A stretch of DNA of 64,000 nt from a candidate division FCPU426 bacterium (GCA_963719085.1 CAVRAL010000004.1:928001-992000); one strand, 5' to 3'; numbered from the stretch's first letter, positions 1 to 10,396 are shown. Notes: generated from the sequence alone by a model not told the origin. Numbers and translations are program-made.

Positions 1-249
1 GTGGCCGTGGCGCGGGCCTTGATCCACCGGCCCAAACTTCTTTTGGCCGACGAACCCACCGGCAATCTTGACAGTGTGAACGGCCAGTTGGTTCTTCAAT
101 TGATCCAAAAGGTGGCTCAGGCGGAAAACTGCGCGGTCTTGATGGCCACCCACAGCCGGGAAGCGGCGGATCAGGGCGATACCTTGATCCTTCTTAAAGA
201 CGGTCAAGTGACGGGCCTTTATCCCCGCCAGAAAAACGCGCATGCCTAA
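1..249 (+). CDS. ABC transporter ATP-binding protein, LolD/MacB-type (5'-truncated by window edge)
   Basis: ARAL...LLLADEPTGNLD (Walker B/D-loop) and ATH H-loop; overlaps downstream permease start. Confidence 0.9.
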   Translation: MAVARALIHRPKLLLADEPTGNLDSVNGQLVLQLIQKVAQAENCAVLMATHSREAADQGDTLILLKDGQVTGLYPRQKNAHA

Positions 250-2818
250 CGGGCTTCATTTACGGCTGACCTTCCGGCATTTTCAGCAGGATCCCTTCCG
301 AACCCTGGCCACGCTTTTGGGCGTGTCGCTCGGCATCGCATTGGTGGTGGCCATCCGGCTTTCCAGTGAGGCGGCCCTTTCGTCCTTTGAGAATTCGGTG
401 GATCTTTTGGCGGGCCGCTCCGACTTAAGCCTGACCCAAAACGGGGAGCCTTTTTCCGAGGATCTTTTGCGTGAGCTGGGTCCGACCCGGGACCAGGGTC
501 TGATGATTCCTTTGATTAAGGACAAGATGGCCCCGGCGTCCACTCCCCAAGACCTGCTGACAGTTTTGGGCATCGACCTTATCAAAGACGGGTTGGTGCG
601 GGACTATCAACTGTTAGGCCCCGGTCAAAAGCCCCTTCAATGGCGGGACCTGCTTCAATTGCTTCCTGAGCCCGACGCGGTTTTTCTTACCCAAAAATAC
701 GCCGACCGACATGGGATCAAGGCCGGTGACTCCGTGGATTTTCTCGTTGAGGACCAATGGCAGCGCCTCAAGGTCGAGGGCTTGCTGGCCGATCAGGGCG
801 CGGGCCGCGCGCTGGACGGGTCCTTGGCGATCATGGATATCGCGGCGGCCCAAAAGGTTTTTGGAAAAGTCGGCCAGTTGGACGAAATCCAGTGGGTCTC
901 CCATTCCGCCGCCGACCGCGACGAGTTGGAAGCCGCGCTTCAAAAACAACTTCCGCCTTCTTTTAAAATTGAACGGCCCAGCCAGCGCAACGGCCAGATT
1001 GAAAAGATGCTCCGGGCTTTCAAAGCCAATCTGTTGGCGCTGGCTTTGGTGTCGCTTTTGGTGGGGGCCTTCCTGGTCTACAACTCCATGTCCATCGCGG
1101 TGCTTCGGCGGCTGCAGGAAATCAGCGCCTTGCGGACCTTGGGATTTACCCAGGGACAGGTTTTAAAACTCGTTTTGCTGGAAGCCTTCAGTTTGAGTTT
1201 GGCCGGCGCTTGCGCCGGAATCCTTCTGGGACGGGCGATGGCCCAGCAAGCCCTGGCGCTGGTGGGCGGCACCATGAGCAATCTTTACCTTTATTCACCC
1301 CTGGAAAACCGCATCCCCTTGGCCACGGACACTTGGATTTGGGTTTTGGCGGGCGTCGCGGTGATTACCCTGGCCAGCCTTCCCCCGGCGATTTTAGCCT
1401 CGAAGATTCCACCCTCGCTTTCCACCCGCAAAGGTTATTTGGAGGGCGCCTTTCATCCATTCTCCAACCGGCTGGCCTTTTTTGGCGCAACGGCTTGGCT
1501 TTTAGCGGCGTTTTTAACCCGGATCTCCGCTTGGAATGGGTTGCCGGTGGGGGGCTACGCGGCGGCATTTGGATTACTGGTGGGCGCGGCCTTGTTCACC
1601 CCTTTATTTTTAAGGGTCTTTTGCGCCTTGGGCGAAAGACTCGCCGGAAGCTTTATTCCGGTGGAAGGCTGGCTGGCCCTGCGCAATTTAATCTCCGGGC
1701 TCGGCCGATCCAGTGTGGCCGTGGCGGCCTTGGTGATGGGGGTCGCGCTCATGGTGAGCGTGGCGGTGATGGTGGGAAGTTTCCGCTCGACCGTCATTTT
1801 GTGGCTCGACCAGACACTGAAGGCCGATATCTACCTCCGGCCCGCGTCCGACCAGGCGGGGAAGCTGGAGTCTTTTTTGAGCCCGGAAACCATCCAGTCC
1901 GTGGCCGCGTCCGGCGGGGTTTTGGCGGTGGAGCGGCTGCGCGGGATTCCTTACCAGTGGAAGGGAAAAGAACTTTATCTGGCGGCCTTTGACCTCGAGG
2001 CGCTTCAAAAATACGGCAACCTGGTTTTCAAGACCAAGGGCCGGGCGCAAGATTTCCTTTCTCAAATCCAAAAGACGCCCGGCGTGATCATCTCCGAGCC
2101 GCTTCAATTAAAAGACGGCCTGAACGCGGGAGACTTCTTTCTCCTTCAAACGCCTTCGGGACCGGTCAGCCTGCCCATCGCGGCGGTCTATTACGATTAT
2201 TCCAACGACCGCGGAACGGTGATTTTGGACCGCGCGCTTTTCGCCCGGCTTTTTCACGACGATCATGTGAACGGCTTGGCGGTTTACCTGCGGCCGGGGA
2301 TTGACGCGGAAGCCGCGCGGGGACTGATTCTCAAAAACCTGCCCAAGGGCGCGCAGGTTTTCGCCCGCTCGAACGCGAATTTGAAAAAAGAAGTGCTCCG
2401 AGTTTTCGACCAAACCTTCGCTATTACCTATGCCATGGAAGCGATCGCGGTTTTGGTGGCGGTTCTCGGCATCTTGACCACCTTGACCGCGCTGATATTG
2501 GAACGCAGTCAGGAGATCGCCATCCTGCGGTATGTGGGCGCCGCGCGCGGCCAAGTGCGCCGGACCCTTTTATGGGAAGCGGGTTGGATGGGGCTGGTGG
2601 GCATTGGTTTGGGGCTGGGGGTGGGCCTGCTCCTGGCGCTGCTTTTGATCGACGTCATCAATGTGCAGTCGTTCGGGTGGACGATCCAATGGCGCGCGCC
2701 TTGGGGCTTTTTATGGAAGGCCTTGGCGTTGGTTTGGGCGGCCACGCTTTTGGCGGGGGTTTATCCGGCCTGGCTGGCGTCCCGCCTTCCTACCTTAAAG
2801 GAGGTAAATCCCGAATGA
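242..2818 (+). CDS. FtsX/MacB-like ABC transporter permease with duplicated architecture (AttF/G-like)
   Basis: 858 aa; two repeats of TM + periplasmic domain + FtsX block (RRLQEISALRTLG; ERSQEIAILRYVG). Confidence 0.9.
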   Translation: MPNGLHLRLTFRHFQQDPFRTLATLLGVSLGIALVVAIRLSSEAALSSFENSVDLLAGRSDLSLTQNGEPFSEDLLRELGPTRDQGLMIPLIKDKMAPASTPQDLLTVLGIDLIKDGLVRDYQLLGPGQKPLQWRDLLQLLPEPDAVFLTQKYADRHGIKAGDSVDFLVEDQWQRLKVEGLLADQGAGRALDGSLAIMDIAAAQKVFGKVGQLDEIQWVSHSAADRDELEAALQKQLPPSFKIERPSQRNGQIEKMLRAFKANLLALALVSLLVGAFLVYNSMSIAVLRRLQEISALRTLGFTQGQVLKLVLLEAFSLSLAGACAGILLGRAMAQQALALVGGTMSNLYLYSPLENRIPLATDTWIWVLAGVAVITLASLPPAILASKIPPSLSTRKGYLEGAFHPFSNRLAFFGATAWLLAAFLTRISAWNGLPVGGYAAAFGLLVGAALFTPLFLRVFCALGERLAGSFIPVEGWLALRNLISGLGRSSVAVAALVMGVALMVSVAVMVGSFRSTVILWLDQTLKADIYLRPASDQAGKLESFLSPETIQSVAASGGVLAVERLRGIPYQWKGKELYLAAFDLEALQKYGNLVFKTKGRAQDFLSQIQKTPGVIISEPLQLKDGLNAGDFFLLQTPSGPVSLPIAAVYYDYSNDRGTVILDRALFARLFHDDHVNGLAVYLRPGIDAEAARGLILKNLPKGAQVFARSNANLKKEVLRVFDQTFAITYAMEAIAVLVAVLGILTTLTALILERSQEIAILRYVGAARGQVRRTLLWEAGWMGLVGIGLGLGVGLLLALLLIDVINVQSFGWTIQWRAPWGFLWKALALVWAATLLAGVYPAWLASRLPTLKEVNPE

Positions 2819-3894
2819 AAAGCTTCGCTTTCTTTTTCCTATTTCTTTTGGGATTCGGACCTCTTTGGGCCGGGGATGGGTTTATTCCCGCCAAGCCCGG
2901 TTACGCCTGGAAATTTCCCTATGACCACGGCAACCATCCTTCCTACCGAACCGAATGGTGGTACTACACTGGCCATTTAACGACGGCCGGCGGAAAACGG
3001 TATGGGTTTGAACTGACCTTTTTCCGGCAAGGCCTGACCCGGCAAGTGGACAATCCTTCTACCTTCACGGCCCGGGATCTTTATTTCGCCCATTTCGCCC
3101 TGAGTGATTTGGGCGCTAAAAAATTCTGGTTCGCCGAAAAGATAAACCGGCCCGGCCCCGGCCTCGCGGGCGCCAAGAGCGGCGGCGTGGATGTTTGGAA
3201 CGAGGATTGGCGGGCTTTTCATGAGGCCCCCGGCCATCATTTAATCGCCCAAGACGGCGGCCATTCAATTGACTTGAAGCTGGCGTCGCCCTTCGCGCCA
3301 ACGCTGGAAGGAAAAGGCGGATATAGCGTGAAGGGTGGAGCCCAGGCCTCGCTTTATTATTCTTTTCCCCTCATGACCGTGACGGGGAATTTAGGAATCA
3401 ATGGAAAGACCCAGCCCGTGACCGGCCAAGCCTGGATGGACCATGAATTTTTCAGCGGCGGCCTTTCGCCCGGGGAAACGGGTTGGGATTGGTTTGGATT
3501 GCAATTTTCCGACGGCACTGAACTGATGCTTTACCGCCTGAGACTGGCCCCGGGCGGAATAAGTCCGGCTTCCAGTGGAAACTTTATTGACCGGACGGGA
3601 AAAGCGCTTCACCTTCAAGGACCGGATTTTAGGGCGCAGGCTTTGGAAAGCTGGAAAAGCCCCCGCACGGGTGTGGTCTATCCCACAAGGTGGCTGATCC
3701 AGATTCCCAAACTTGAACTTTCGTTTGAGGTGGGAGCCGATTTTCCCGACCAGGAATTGGATACCTCTGCCAGCACCCAGGTACTTTACTGGGAAGGTTC
3801 GGTGAGTTTGGCGGGCCAACGGGGATTCAAGAAGCTGAAGGGCGAAGGCTATATGGAACTCACCGGGTATGACCGTCATTCCTCAGGTTTTTAG
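2815..3894 (+). CDS. Secreted lipocalin-like protein, CrtC/AttH family
   Basis: ATG at 2815 in ATGA overlap with permease stop, AAGGAGGT SD; signal peptide; motifs DHGNHP, EWWYYTG, WMDHEF, GWDWF, YWEG, GYMELTGY. Confidence 0.85.
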   Translation: MKSFAFFFLFLLGFGPLWAGDGFIPAKPGYAWKFPYDHGNHPSYRTEWWYYTGHLTTAGGKRYGFELTFFRQGLTRQVDNPSTFTARDLYFAHFALSDLGAKKFWFAEKINRPGPGLAGAKSGGVDVWNEDWRAFHEAPGHHLIAQDGGHSIDLKLASPFAPTLEGKGGYSVKGGAQASLYYSFPLMTVTGNLGINGKTQPVTGQAWMDHEFFSGGLSPGETGWDWFGLQFSDGTELMLYRLRLAPGGISPASSGNFIDRTGKALHLQGPDFRAQALESWKSPRTGVVYPTRWLIQIPKLELSFEVGADFPDQELDTSASTQVLYWEGSVSLAGQRGFKKLKGEGYMELTGYDRHSSGF

Positions 3895-4403
3895 CCGTTC
3901 AGGATCGGTAGTTGTTCCCGCAGGTGCAGGTATTCCTTCACGCCGGACAAAATCATCCTCACATCCTCGTCCGTGACTTGGCGGACAATCTTTCCCGGCA
4001 CGCCCACCACCAAAGACCGGGCCGGGATTTTTTTGCCCTCGGGCACCAGCGCGCCCGCGCCGATGATGCACTCATCCCCAATCTCCGCGCCTGTCAATAG
4101 GATCGAGCCGATACCGATTAGACAACGATTGCCGACTTTGCAGGCATGGACACAGGCTTGATGCCCCACCACACAGTCCTCGCCGATGATGGCTGGAAAA
4201 TTCGTGTCCGTATGAAAGACACAGCCGTCCTGGATATTGGTTCGGTTTCCCACTTGGATAAAATCCATGTCACCGCGCAACACCGCGCCGGGCCAAAGGC
4301 TCACGTCTTCCCCTAGGGTGACCCGGCCGATGACAACCGCCGTTTCGTGGATCCGGACATTCTTTCCGATTTGGGGTTTATGGTTTAGGTAAGGCTGAAT
4401 CAT
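3891..4403 (-). CDS. Gamma carbonic anhydrase family protein (hexapeptide repeat)
   Basis: VLRGD...IQVGNRTNIQDG..H, VGH...H metal ligands, hexapeptide repeats. Confidence 0.9.
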   Translation of the reverse strand: MIQPYLNHKPQIGKNVRIHETAVVIGRVTLGEDVSLWPGAVLRGDMDFIQVGNRTNIQDGCVFHTDTNFPAIIGEDCVVGHQACVHACKVGNRCLIGIGSILLTGAEIGDECIIGAGALVPEGKKIPARSLVVGVPGKIVRQVTDEDVRMILSGVKEYLHLREQLPILNG

Positions 4404-4406
4404 GGG

Positions 4407-4859
4407 TTAGAGATTTTCTAAAACGTCGACAGCGTGCCCTTTGACCTTAACGGGGGACCAGATCTTCTTAATCTTCCCGTCGGGTCCAATCAGGAACGTC
4501 GACCGGACGATTCCCATAAATTCCCGGCCCATGAACTTTTTCTTTTTCCAAACGCCGTAGGCCTTCAGCATCTTCAAGCTTTCATCCGACAATAGCGGAA
4601 AAGGAAGTTTGTATTTTTCTTTGAAGCTGACGTGCCGTTTCACCGCGTCGGCGCTGACGCCCCAAACCAAAGCGCCTTTTTTTTGAACCGCGGACCAATT
4701 GTCCCGAAAGTCGCAGGCCTCTTGGGTGCAGCCCGGCGTCAAATCCTTGGGATAAAAATAAAGCACCAGGCTTTTACCCTTGGCGTCCTTCAGGGATACC
4801 TTTTGGCCTTGGTCATCGTCCAATTGAAAGTCGGGCGCTTTTTGGCCTTCTTTGAGCAT
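4407..4859 (-). CDS. bcp: Thioredoxin-dependent peroxiredoxin Bcp/PrxQ
   Basis: LYFYPKDLTPGCTQEAC motif, RSTFLI; start chosen at MLKEG. Confidence 0.9.
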   Translation of the reverse strand: MLKEGQKAPDFQLDDDQGQKVSLKDAKGKSLVLYFYPKDLTPGCTQEACDFRDNWSAVQKKGALVWGVSADAVKRHVSFKEKYKLPFPLLSDESLKMLKAYGVWKKKKFMGREFMGIVRSTFLIGPDGKIKKIWSPVKVKGHAVDVLENL

Positions 4860-5228
4860 GGGAAACTCCTTGGATTTAAGTAGCGCCATCATGGGCAAGT
4901 CGTTTTATGAAGACAAGCCCTTTGCGGGGGCGGTTTTAGGGTTCTTTTTTAAGGGGAAATGGGCGTTAGGGCGAGTTAAAATCTGTGTAAAAATTGACAA
5001 TTTTTGGACAAAACTGACCCTTTTTAGCATGTCTATCACTTTGAAAGTTTAAGATTAAACCCTCATAAATCGTTAAAAATTAAGGTTTTATAGATGTTTT
5101 TAGTAACTTTTAGTTTGTTTTGGGAGGTACAAGGAGTATAGTTTTTGAAATCGAAAAAGTCGGTGCCATCCCGCTAATAGGGGTTATTGTTTAGGCCCAG
5201 TAGAGGGAGCAGAAAGAGAGTTTAGGAA

Positions 5229-5897
5229 ATGAATTTTTACTTCTCGCTTTATCAGCTCATCGAAACCGTGGAGCGCGTGAACCACGACATTCAACACTTA
5301 GCCGGCCGGGCCCTTCGCATCAGCCCCCGGGACGCCCGCGCCAACCGCGAACTGCTGGAGCAATGCGAAACGAAGCTCGGCGAGGTGAAGCACCTGCTCA
5401 ACAACAAGACCCACATCAGCAAGATCACCCTCCGCAAAGCGGCCTTGCTTTTCCAAATTTTGGAAGTCAGCTACCGCCGGGTGATGCACTTGGCTACCGC
5501 GACCTCCAGCGTGGGATTGGAAGACGATCATTCGGTCAAGGTGGTTTGGCAGCTCTTGGCGATGGCCCAACGCCATTACCAGACTTTGGTCAAGACCTTA
5601 AACGATATGACCGGCATTCCGAACACATTGGTTTTGCATCCGGAGGCGGAATCGTTGACTTTGGATTTCACCACCACGGTCAAAAAAGAATGGGCACTTC
5701 AGCAGGAAACTTTGAAGCAATTGGAACGGGCCATCGAGGTTTTCGGCGAGGAGCAAGAATTAGCCGATACCTTGTCCGGCATCCGGAAAGAATTGCTGGA
5801 AGCCAAGAAGCGCTTGAAGCAGTTCGCGCCCAACAGCGTGACCGTGGAAAAGCACGAAGCGCCCGTGGCGGTAGCCGCCCCCGCCTCGAAGAATTAA
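5229..5897 (+). CDS. Hypothetical helical protein
   Basis: 222-aa ORF with AGGA SD, genome-like codon usage, after AT-rich intergenic region. Confidence 0.75.
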   Translation: MNFYFSLYQLIETVERVNHDIQHLAGRALRISPRDARANRELLEQCETKLGEVKHLLNNKTHISKITLRKAALLFQILEVSYRRVMHLATATSSVGLEDDHSVKVVWQLLAMAQRHYQTLVKTLNDMTGIPNTLVLHPEAESLTLDFTTTVKKEWALQQETLKQLERAIEVFGEEQELADTLSGIRKELLEAKKRLKQFAPNSVTVEKHEAPVAVAAPASKN

Positions 5898-5974
5898 TCG
5901 GAAGTTTTTGATCCGATGAGTTTCCGCTTGAAAACTTTCTGTCCGTCGACGGGCTCTTTCCCGAAGGTTGGGGG

Positions 5975-7267
5975 ATGAGCCCCCGTCGTTCCAGACCCCC
6001 AGCCCTTTATACCAAAGCCCCTTTTCTCCAAAACGTTTTGGATGGAATGCCGGATTCGGTAAAGATCATCGACACCCGGTATCGGGTGGTCTACGCCAAT
6101 GACTTCGCCCAAAAAACACTCAAGCGTGATTTGAATGACCTGCGCGGACGGCCTTGCCACGAGTCCTTTTACGGTTTCGCCCAAAAATGTTTTTTTTGCT
6201 CCATGAAAAGCGTTTTTGAGGAAGGCGAATCCAAGGTTTCTTACTGCACCATGGGTGTCAACGGATCGGACCGGGAGTTTGAGGTTTCGGTTTTCCCTTT
6301 AAGAAGCGCCAATCAAAAAGTGGATTACGCGGTGGAAATCGTCAAGGACGTCACCTGTCTGGCCCGGGGAAGCGCCAGGACCCAGTTGGCCGGAAAAGTT
6401 TCCAGCCGGGACCGCGCCTTCAGCATGGTCTTCGAGCAAATGTCCCAATTGGCGGGGGACCAACGTCCGGTTTTAATCCAAGGGGAAAAGGGAACGGGAA
6501 AAAAATCCGTGGCCCGCGCCCTGCATCAACGCGGCGCCCGGGCCGAGGGGCCTTTCCGGGTTTTTCATTGCGCCGACCATCCCCAGGGGGATTACGGCGA
6601 GGCGCTCTTCGACGCCTGGCAAAAGGCCCAGGACGGCTCCCTCTATTTAGATGAGATCACGCTGTTAGGGCCGGACAGCCAGCGCTTGTTGGCCGACCGG
6701 TTATCGATGAATCCCGGCCCCTCGGATCCCCGGATTGTGGCGGCTACCCGGGAAGATCTTTTAAACCTGGTCCAAGAAGGAAAGATTCTCGGCGATCTTT
6801 ACAACCTGTTCGGCGCCCGGGTGATCCGGCTTCCCGCGCTCAGGAACCGCAAACAAGACCTGCCTTTTTTGGCCCATCATTTCATTGAGACCTATAAGGT
6901 TTTGACCGGGTCGCCGGCCGAAAAACTTTCCCCGGAAGCGGTTTGCCAGCTTATGACCTATACCTGGCCCGGCAATATCCGGGAGTTGGAAACCCAAATT
7001 GAGCGGGCCTGCCTTTTGGCCACCGGCGCCGACATCCAACAGCTGGACCTTCCCATTTGCGCGCCCACGGCCGAGCGCCTCGGCGACCTTTTAGAAATCA
7101 CCGAAAAAGCTTATCTGGTGGATGCCCTGGCCAAGGCCGAGGGTAATCTGTTGATGACCGCCCGCCAAGCCGGACTGGGCCTGAAGACTTTGCAGCGCAA
7201 AATGCGCAAGTACGGGTTGACCGGCAAAGATTTCCGCGGCCTTTCGGAAGGCCCGCCGTCCGCCTAA
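5975..7267 (+). CDS. PAS + sigma54-interaction-type AAA+ + Fis-HTH regulator lacking GAFTGA
   Basis: N-terminal PAS; GEKGTGK, LYLDEI, LPALRNRKQD, WPGNIREL; C-terminal HTH. Confidence 0.85.
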   Translation: MSPRRSRPPALYTKAPFLQNVLDGMPDSVKIIDTRYRVVYANDFAQKTLKRDLNDLRGRPCHESFYGFAQKCFFCSMKSVFEEGESKVSYCTMGVNGSDREFEVSVFPLRSANQKVDYAVEIVKDVTCLARGSARTQLAGKVSSRDRAFSMVFEQMSQLAGDQRPVLIQGEKGTGKKSVARALHQRGARAEGPFRVFHCADHPQGDYGEALFDAWQKAQDGSLYLDEITLLGPDSQRLLADRLSMNPGPSDPRIVAATREDLLNLVQEGKILGDLYNLFGARVIRLPALRNRKQDLPFLAHHFIETYKVLTGSPAEKLSPEAVCQLMTYTWPGNIRELETQIERACLLATGADIQQLDLPICAPTAERLGDLLEITEKAYLVDALAKAEGNLLMTARQAGLGLKTLQRKMRKYGLTGKDFRGLSEGPPSA

Positions 7268-7371
7268 CCCGCTTTTTAAAAATCAAAGCGCCGCCCAGCC
7301 ACTGGCGAATGGCCTTGAGCTTCTGTTAAACTGCCCGCGATTTTCTTGTCATCCCATCCAAGGAGCCTCCC

Positions 7372-8631
7372 ATGGCTTACGCTTACCAATCGGTGAAAGC
7401 GCCCCAAGGCGAAAAAATCCGTATCGAAAATGGAGTTCTGAAAGTGCCGGACCATCCCGTCATACCCTTTATCGAGGGTGACGGAACGGGGCCCGATATT
7501 TGGCGCGCCTCGGTGCGGGTTTTTGACGCCGCCGTCGAGAAGGCCTACCAGGGAAAGAAAAAAATATCCTGGTTCGAGGTTTACGCGGGGCAGACCGCTT
7601 TTGATAAATTCCAGAATTGGCTGCCGGACGACACGGTGGAAGCGTTTAAGGAATATTTGGTGGGCATCAAGGGCCCGTTGACGACGCCTGTGGGTAAGGG
7701 TATCCGGTCGCTGAACGTGGCATTGCGCCAGATGCTGGACCTTTACGTATGCCTCCGGCCCGTCCGTTATTTCAACGGCGTGCCCTCGCCGGTCAAGCAT
7801 CCGGAGAAGGTCGACATGGTGATCTTCCGGGAAAACACCGAGGACATCTACGCCGGGATTGAATGGGCCGCCGATTCGCCTGAGGCGAAAAAAGTCATTG
7901 AGTGGCTTCAAAAAGAGATGGGCGTGAAAAAAATCCGGTTCCCCCAAACCTCCGGGATCGGCATCAAGCCCGTGTCCCAGGAAGGCACGGAGCGGCTGGT
8001 GCGTTCGGCCATCGAGTACGCCATCAAACACAAGCGCAAAAGCCTGACCTTGGTGCATAAGGGCAATATCATGAAATTCACCGAAGGCGCTTTCCGGGAT
8101 TGGGGCTACGCCCTGGCCAAAAAAGAATTCGGCGCGGTCGAGGTGGACGGCGGGCCTTGGTGCAAAATCGCCCCCGGGAAACCCGGCGCGGGCATCGTGA
8201 TTAAAGACGCGATCGCCGACATCACCCTTCAGCAAGTTTTGACCCGGCCGGAGGATTTTGACGTGATCGCCACGCTGAACCTGAACGGCGATTATCTTTC
8301 CGACGCGCTGGCGGCCCAGGTGGGCGGCATCGGCATCGCGCCCGGAGGCAATATCAATTATCTCACCGGCCACGCCATTTTTGAGGCCACCCATGGCACG
8401 GCTCCCAAATACGCCAACCAGGATAAGGTCAACCCCGGCTCGGTGGTGCTCTCGGGCGTCATGATGTTGGAACATCTGGGCTGGCAGGAAGCGGCGGATA
8501 TGATCGGCAAAGCCTTGGAAAAAACCATCGATCAAAAGGTGGTCACTTACGACTTCGCCCGGCTCATGGAAGGGGCGAAGGAAGTGAAGTGTTCGGAATT
8601 CGCCACGGCGATGATCAGCAATATGGCTTAA
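7372..8631 (+). CDS. icd: NADP-dependent isocitrate dehydrogenase
   Basis: [52 protein letters not shown]. Confidence 0.97.
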   Translation: MAYAYQSVKAPQGEKIRIENGVLKVPDHPVIPFIEGDGTGPDIWRASVRVFDAAVEKAYQGKKKISWFEVYAGQTAFDKFQNWLPDDTVEAFKEYLVGIKGPLTTPVGKGIRSLNVALRQMLDLYVCLRPVRYFNGVPSPVKHPEKVDMVIFRENTEDIYAGIEWAADSPEAKKVIEWLQKEMGVKKIRFPQTSGIGIKPVSQEGTERLVRSAIEYAIKHKRKSLTLVHKGNIMKFTEGAFRDWGYALAKKEFGAVEVDGGPWCKIAPGKPGAGIVIKDAIADITLQQVLTRPEDFDVIATLNLNGDYLSDALAAQVGGIGIAPGGNINYLTGHAIFEATHGTAPKYANQDKVNPGSVVLSGVMMLEHLGWQEAADMIGKALEKTIDQKVVTYDFARLMEGAKEVKCSEFATAMISNMA

Positions 8632-8667
8632 AAATTGAATCACTGGGCCCCGACAAAAAGTCGTCCG

Positions 8668-8724
8668 GCGAAAGAAGTAAAGTGTTCGGAGTTGGCTGTG
8701 ACGATGATCTCAAATTTCGCTTAA
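8668..8724 (+). pseudogene. Diverged duplicate of the icd 3' end ([18 protein letters not shown])
   Basis: 44/57 nt match to 8575-8631, same frame, same stop, many synonymous changes. Confidence 0.85.
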
Positions 8725-8777
8725 ATTGAGAATTGCAGGGCTTCGCGGCGGTTTTATTATATTTTTACGGAATTTTT

Positions 8778-8802
8778 GGAATAAATGGGGCGAGCTGACG
8801 AC
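8778..8802 (+). promoter_or_regulatory. Putative ECF sigma promoter GGAATAAA-N13-CGAC
   Basis: Same motif and spacing as at 11888 and 13371. Confidence 0.6.
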
Positions 8803-9168
8803 TAGATAATAGCGAGACCTCTTCGTTATGCCGCTGGAGGTCGTGCCTTATCAAGCAACACCGCCCTATGCTGAAAAAATTATATCTGAGCCACCCGGAT
8901 GGACCGGTGTTTCCGTCCGGTTTTTATTTTGGCCGCTCTCCTTGCCAAGGGGCCCGAGTGGGTCCTGAAACGCCTTCCTTCATCATCCAGTTTTAAACGT
9001 TATACCTGCCCCAAAATCCATGGAACCGGTCGATTTTCCGGCCCCTTCAAACCGCCAGCGGCTGATGAAGAATTTTTGAAAAAAGTTGGCATAGGGATTG
9101 TCCCATCCTTTATGCTTCTGGCTTATTTCGATCATTATCAGCCGGATCAAGCGACTGGGATTTAAAAC

Positions 9169-10386
9169 TTGTTCAAACTTTATCGCGGTTACCTTCTATT
9201 TATCCTTTTCCTCTTTCCGCTATTGGCGCCCGATCGCGCGCTCTGGGCCCAAACCCCCACCCCGACTTCCACCCCGGATTGTTGTCAAACCGCTTGGTCC
9301 TACCCTAATGGAAATTCAACCTATAGCTCGGATACCGTCGGGTTGGCTTATGACCCGGCCAACCAGACGCTTTACGTGGGAGGCGACACGTCCATTCAAG
9401 CTGTGAACCCGGCCAACGGGGCGCCGATCTCCACACTGCCGGGGACCTATGGACACATCACGATGATGAGTTTCGGCCATGACGGCTATATTTACGCGTC
9501 GGATTACAACAACCAGGTGATCGATAAGGTTGATCCTGTCTCCGGACTGGTGGCGAAAAGCTATTCCTTCCCGGCCTCCGAAAGGACCCGGGCGGTTTAC
9601 GCGGATGACGAAAGCGTCAATGAGGATATTTATGTGGGAGGTGACACCGGAACCCTCTATGAAATCGATCAAGCGGCCGCCACGGTGAAGACCTTAAGTT
9701 TGAGCGGGACATTACCGAATGCCGTGGGAGGCGTCCTGTTTCAGGACGGATCCCCGGCTACCCTTTATGTCGCGGACACGAACGGTGACCGTATCCTGCA
9801 ATATTTGAAGACGGGAAGCACGAGTTACGCGTACAACGCGACGGAAACAGCCGGCGGTTTTATTTTTCCACATCAATTGCTCCAGGGCCCCGGGGGGGAT
9901 ATTTACCTGGTCGGTACGGGACAATATCTGCAGTACGACGCGAATTTTAATTTCTTAAGAAACTGTTTGACGTCGACCTGGGTGGGAGATCCACAGGGAA
10001 TGGCGGTGGATCCGCAGGGCGGCGCCTATATCGGGTCTGAATTGGATGGCGGAGCCCTGCTCAAAATGAACGGTTGCGCGGACGGCCCGGCGGCCCCCGT
10101 GTCCATCCCCTCGGGAACTTGTTATGTGTATCCTTCGCCGGTCCGTAACGGCCACGCGACCCTCGCCTACGACATGGGCGGATCGGGAAAAATGGAAATG
10201 GTGATTTGGAATCAAAACCGGGAAAAGGTCGCCGATGTCACCGACCATAAACCGGCGGGTTCCCAAACGACCGCTTTCAGCCTTTCGGGATTTTCCCCCG
10301 GCGTTTATCTTTACCTAGTGACCCTCAGTTATGATTCCGGATCTTCTGTAAAATTAAAGCCCGGCAGATTCGCGGTCATCCCATGA
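9169..10386 (+). CDS. Secreted NHL/beta-propeller protein with C-terminal T9SS type A-like sorting domain
   Basis: Signal peptide, TPTPT linker, propeller blades (LYVAD, GMAVD), C-terminal YVYPSP...GVYLY Ig-like domain. Confidence 0.75.
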   Translation: MFKLYRGYLLFILFLFPLLAPDRALWAQTPTPTSTPDCCQTAWSYPNGNSTYSSDTVGLAYDPANQTLYVGGDTSIQAVNPANGAPISTLPGTYGHITMMSFGHDGYIYASDYNNQVIDKVDPVSGLVAKSYSFPASERTRAVYADDESVNEDIYVGGDTGTLYEIDQAAATVKTLSLSGTLPNAVGGVLFQDGSPATLYVADTNGDRILQYLKTGSTSYAYNATETAGGFIFPHQLLQGPGGDIYLVGTGQYLQYDANFNFLRNCLTSTWVGDPQGMAVDPQGGAYIGSELDGGALLKMNGCADGPAAPVSIPSGTCYVYPSPVRNGHATLAYDMGGSGKMEMVIWNQNREKVADVTDHKPAGSQTTAFSLSGFSPGVYLYLVTLSYDSGSSVKLKPGRFAVIP

Positions 10387-10396
10387 GGCGCCCAGG

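Noticed and set aside
2572..2814. Upstream extension of the lipocalin-like ORF (similar extensions for purE and the phosphoesterase)
   Set aside because: Overlaps another gene or lacks support; downstream starts with SD or signal peptide fit better.
5152..5168. tracrRNA-like tail AAAAAGTCGGTGC
   Set aside because: Short chance match; no anti-repeat, array or cas9.
7276..8643. Long antisense ORFs (e.g. 455 aa opposite icd, and those opposite aconitase, livG and ppc)
   Set aside because: Shadow frames of well-supported genes caused by codon bias.
8575..8724. DGR template/variable repeat pair
   Set aside because: Mismatches are not confined to adenines and there is no reverse transcriptase in the window.
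8790..8850. Fluoride riboswitch-like GCTGACGACT
   Set aside because: The upstream GGCGATGG..TCGCC stem is missing; the sequence is better explained as the -10 region of the ECF motif.
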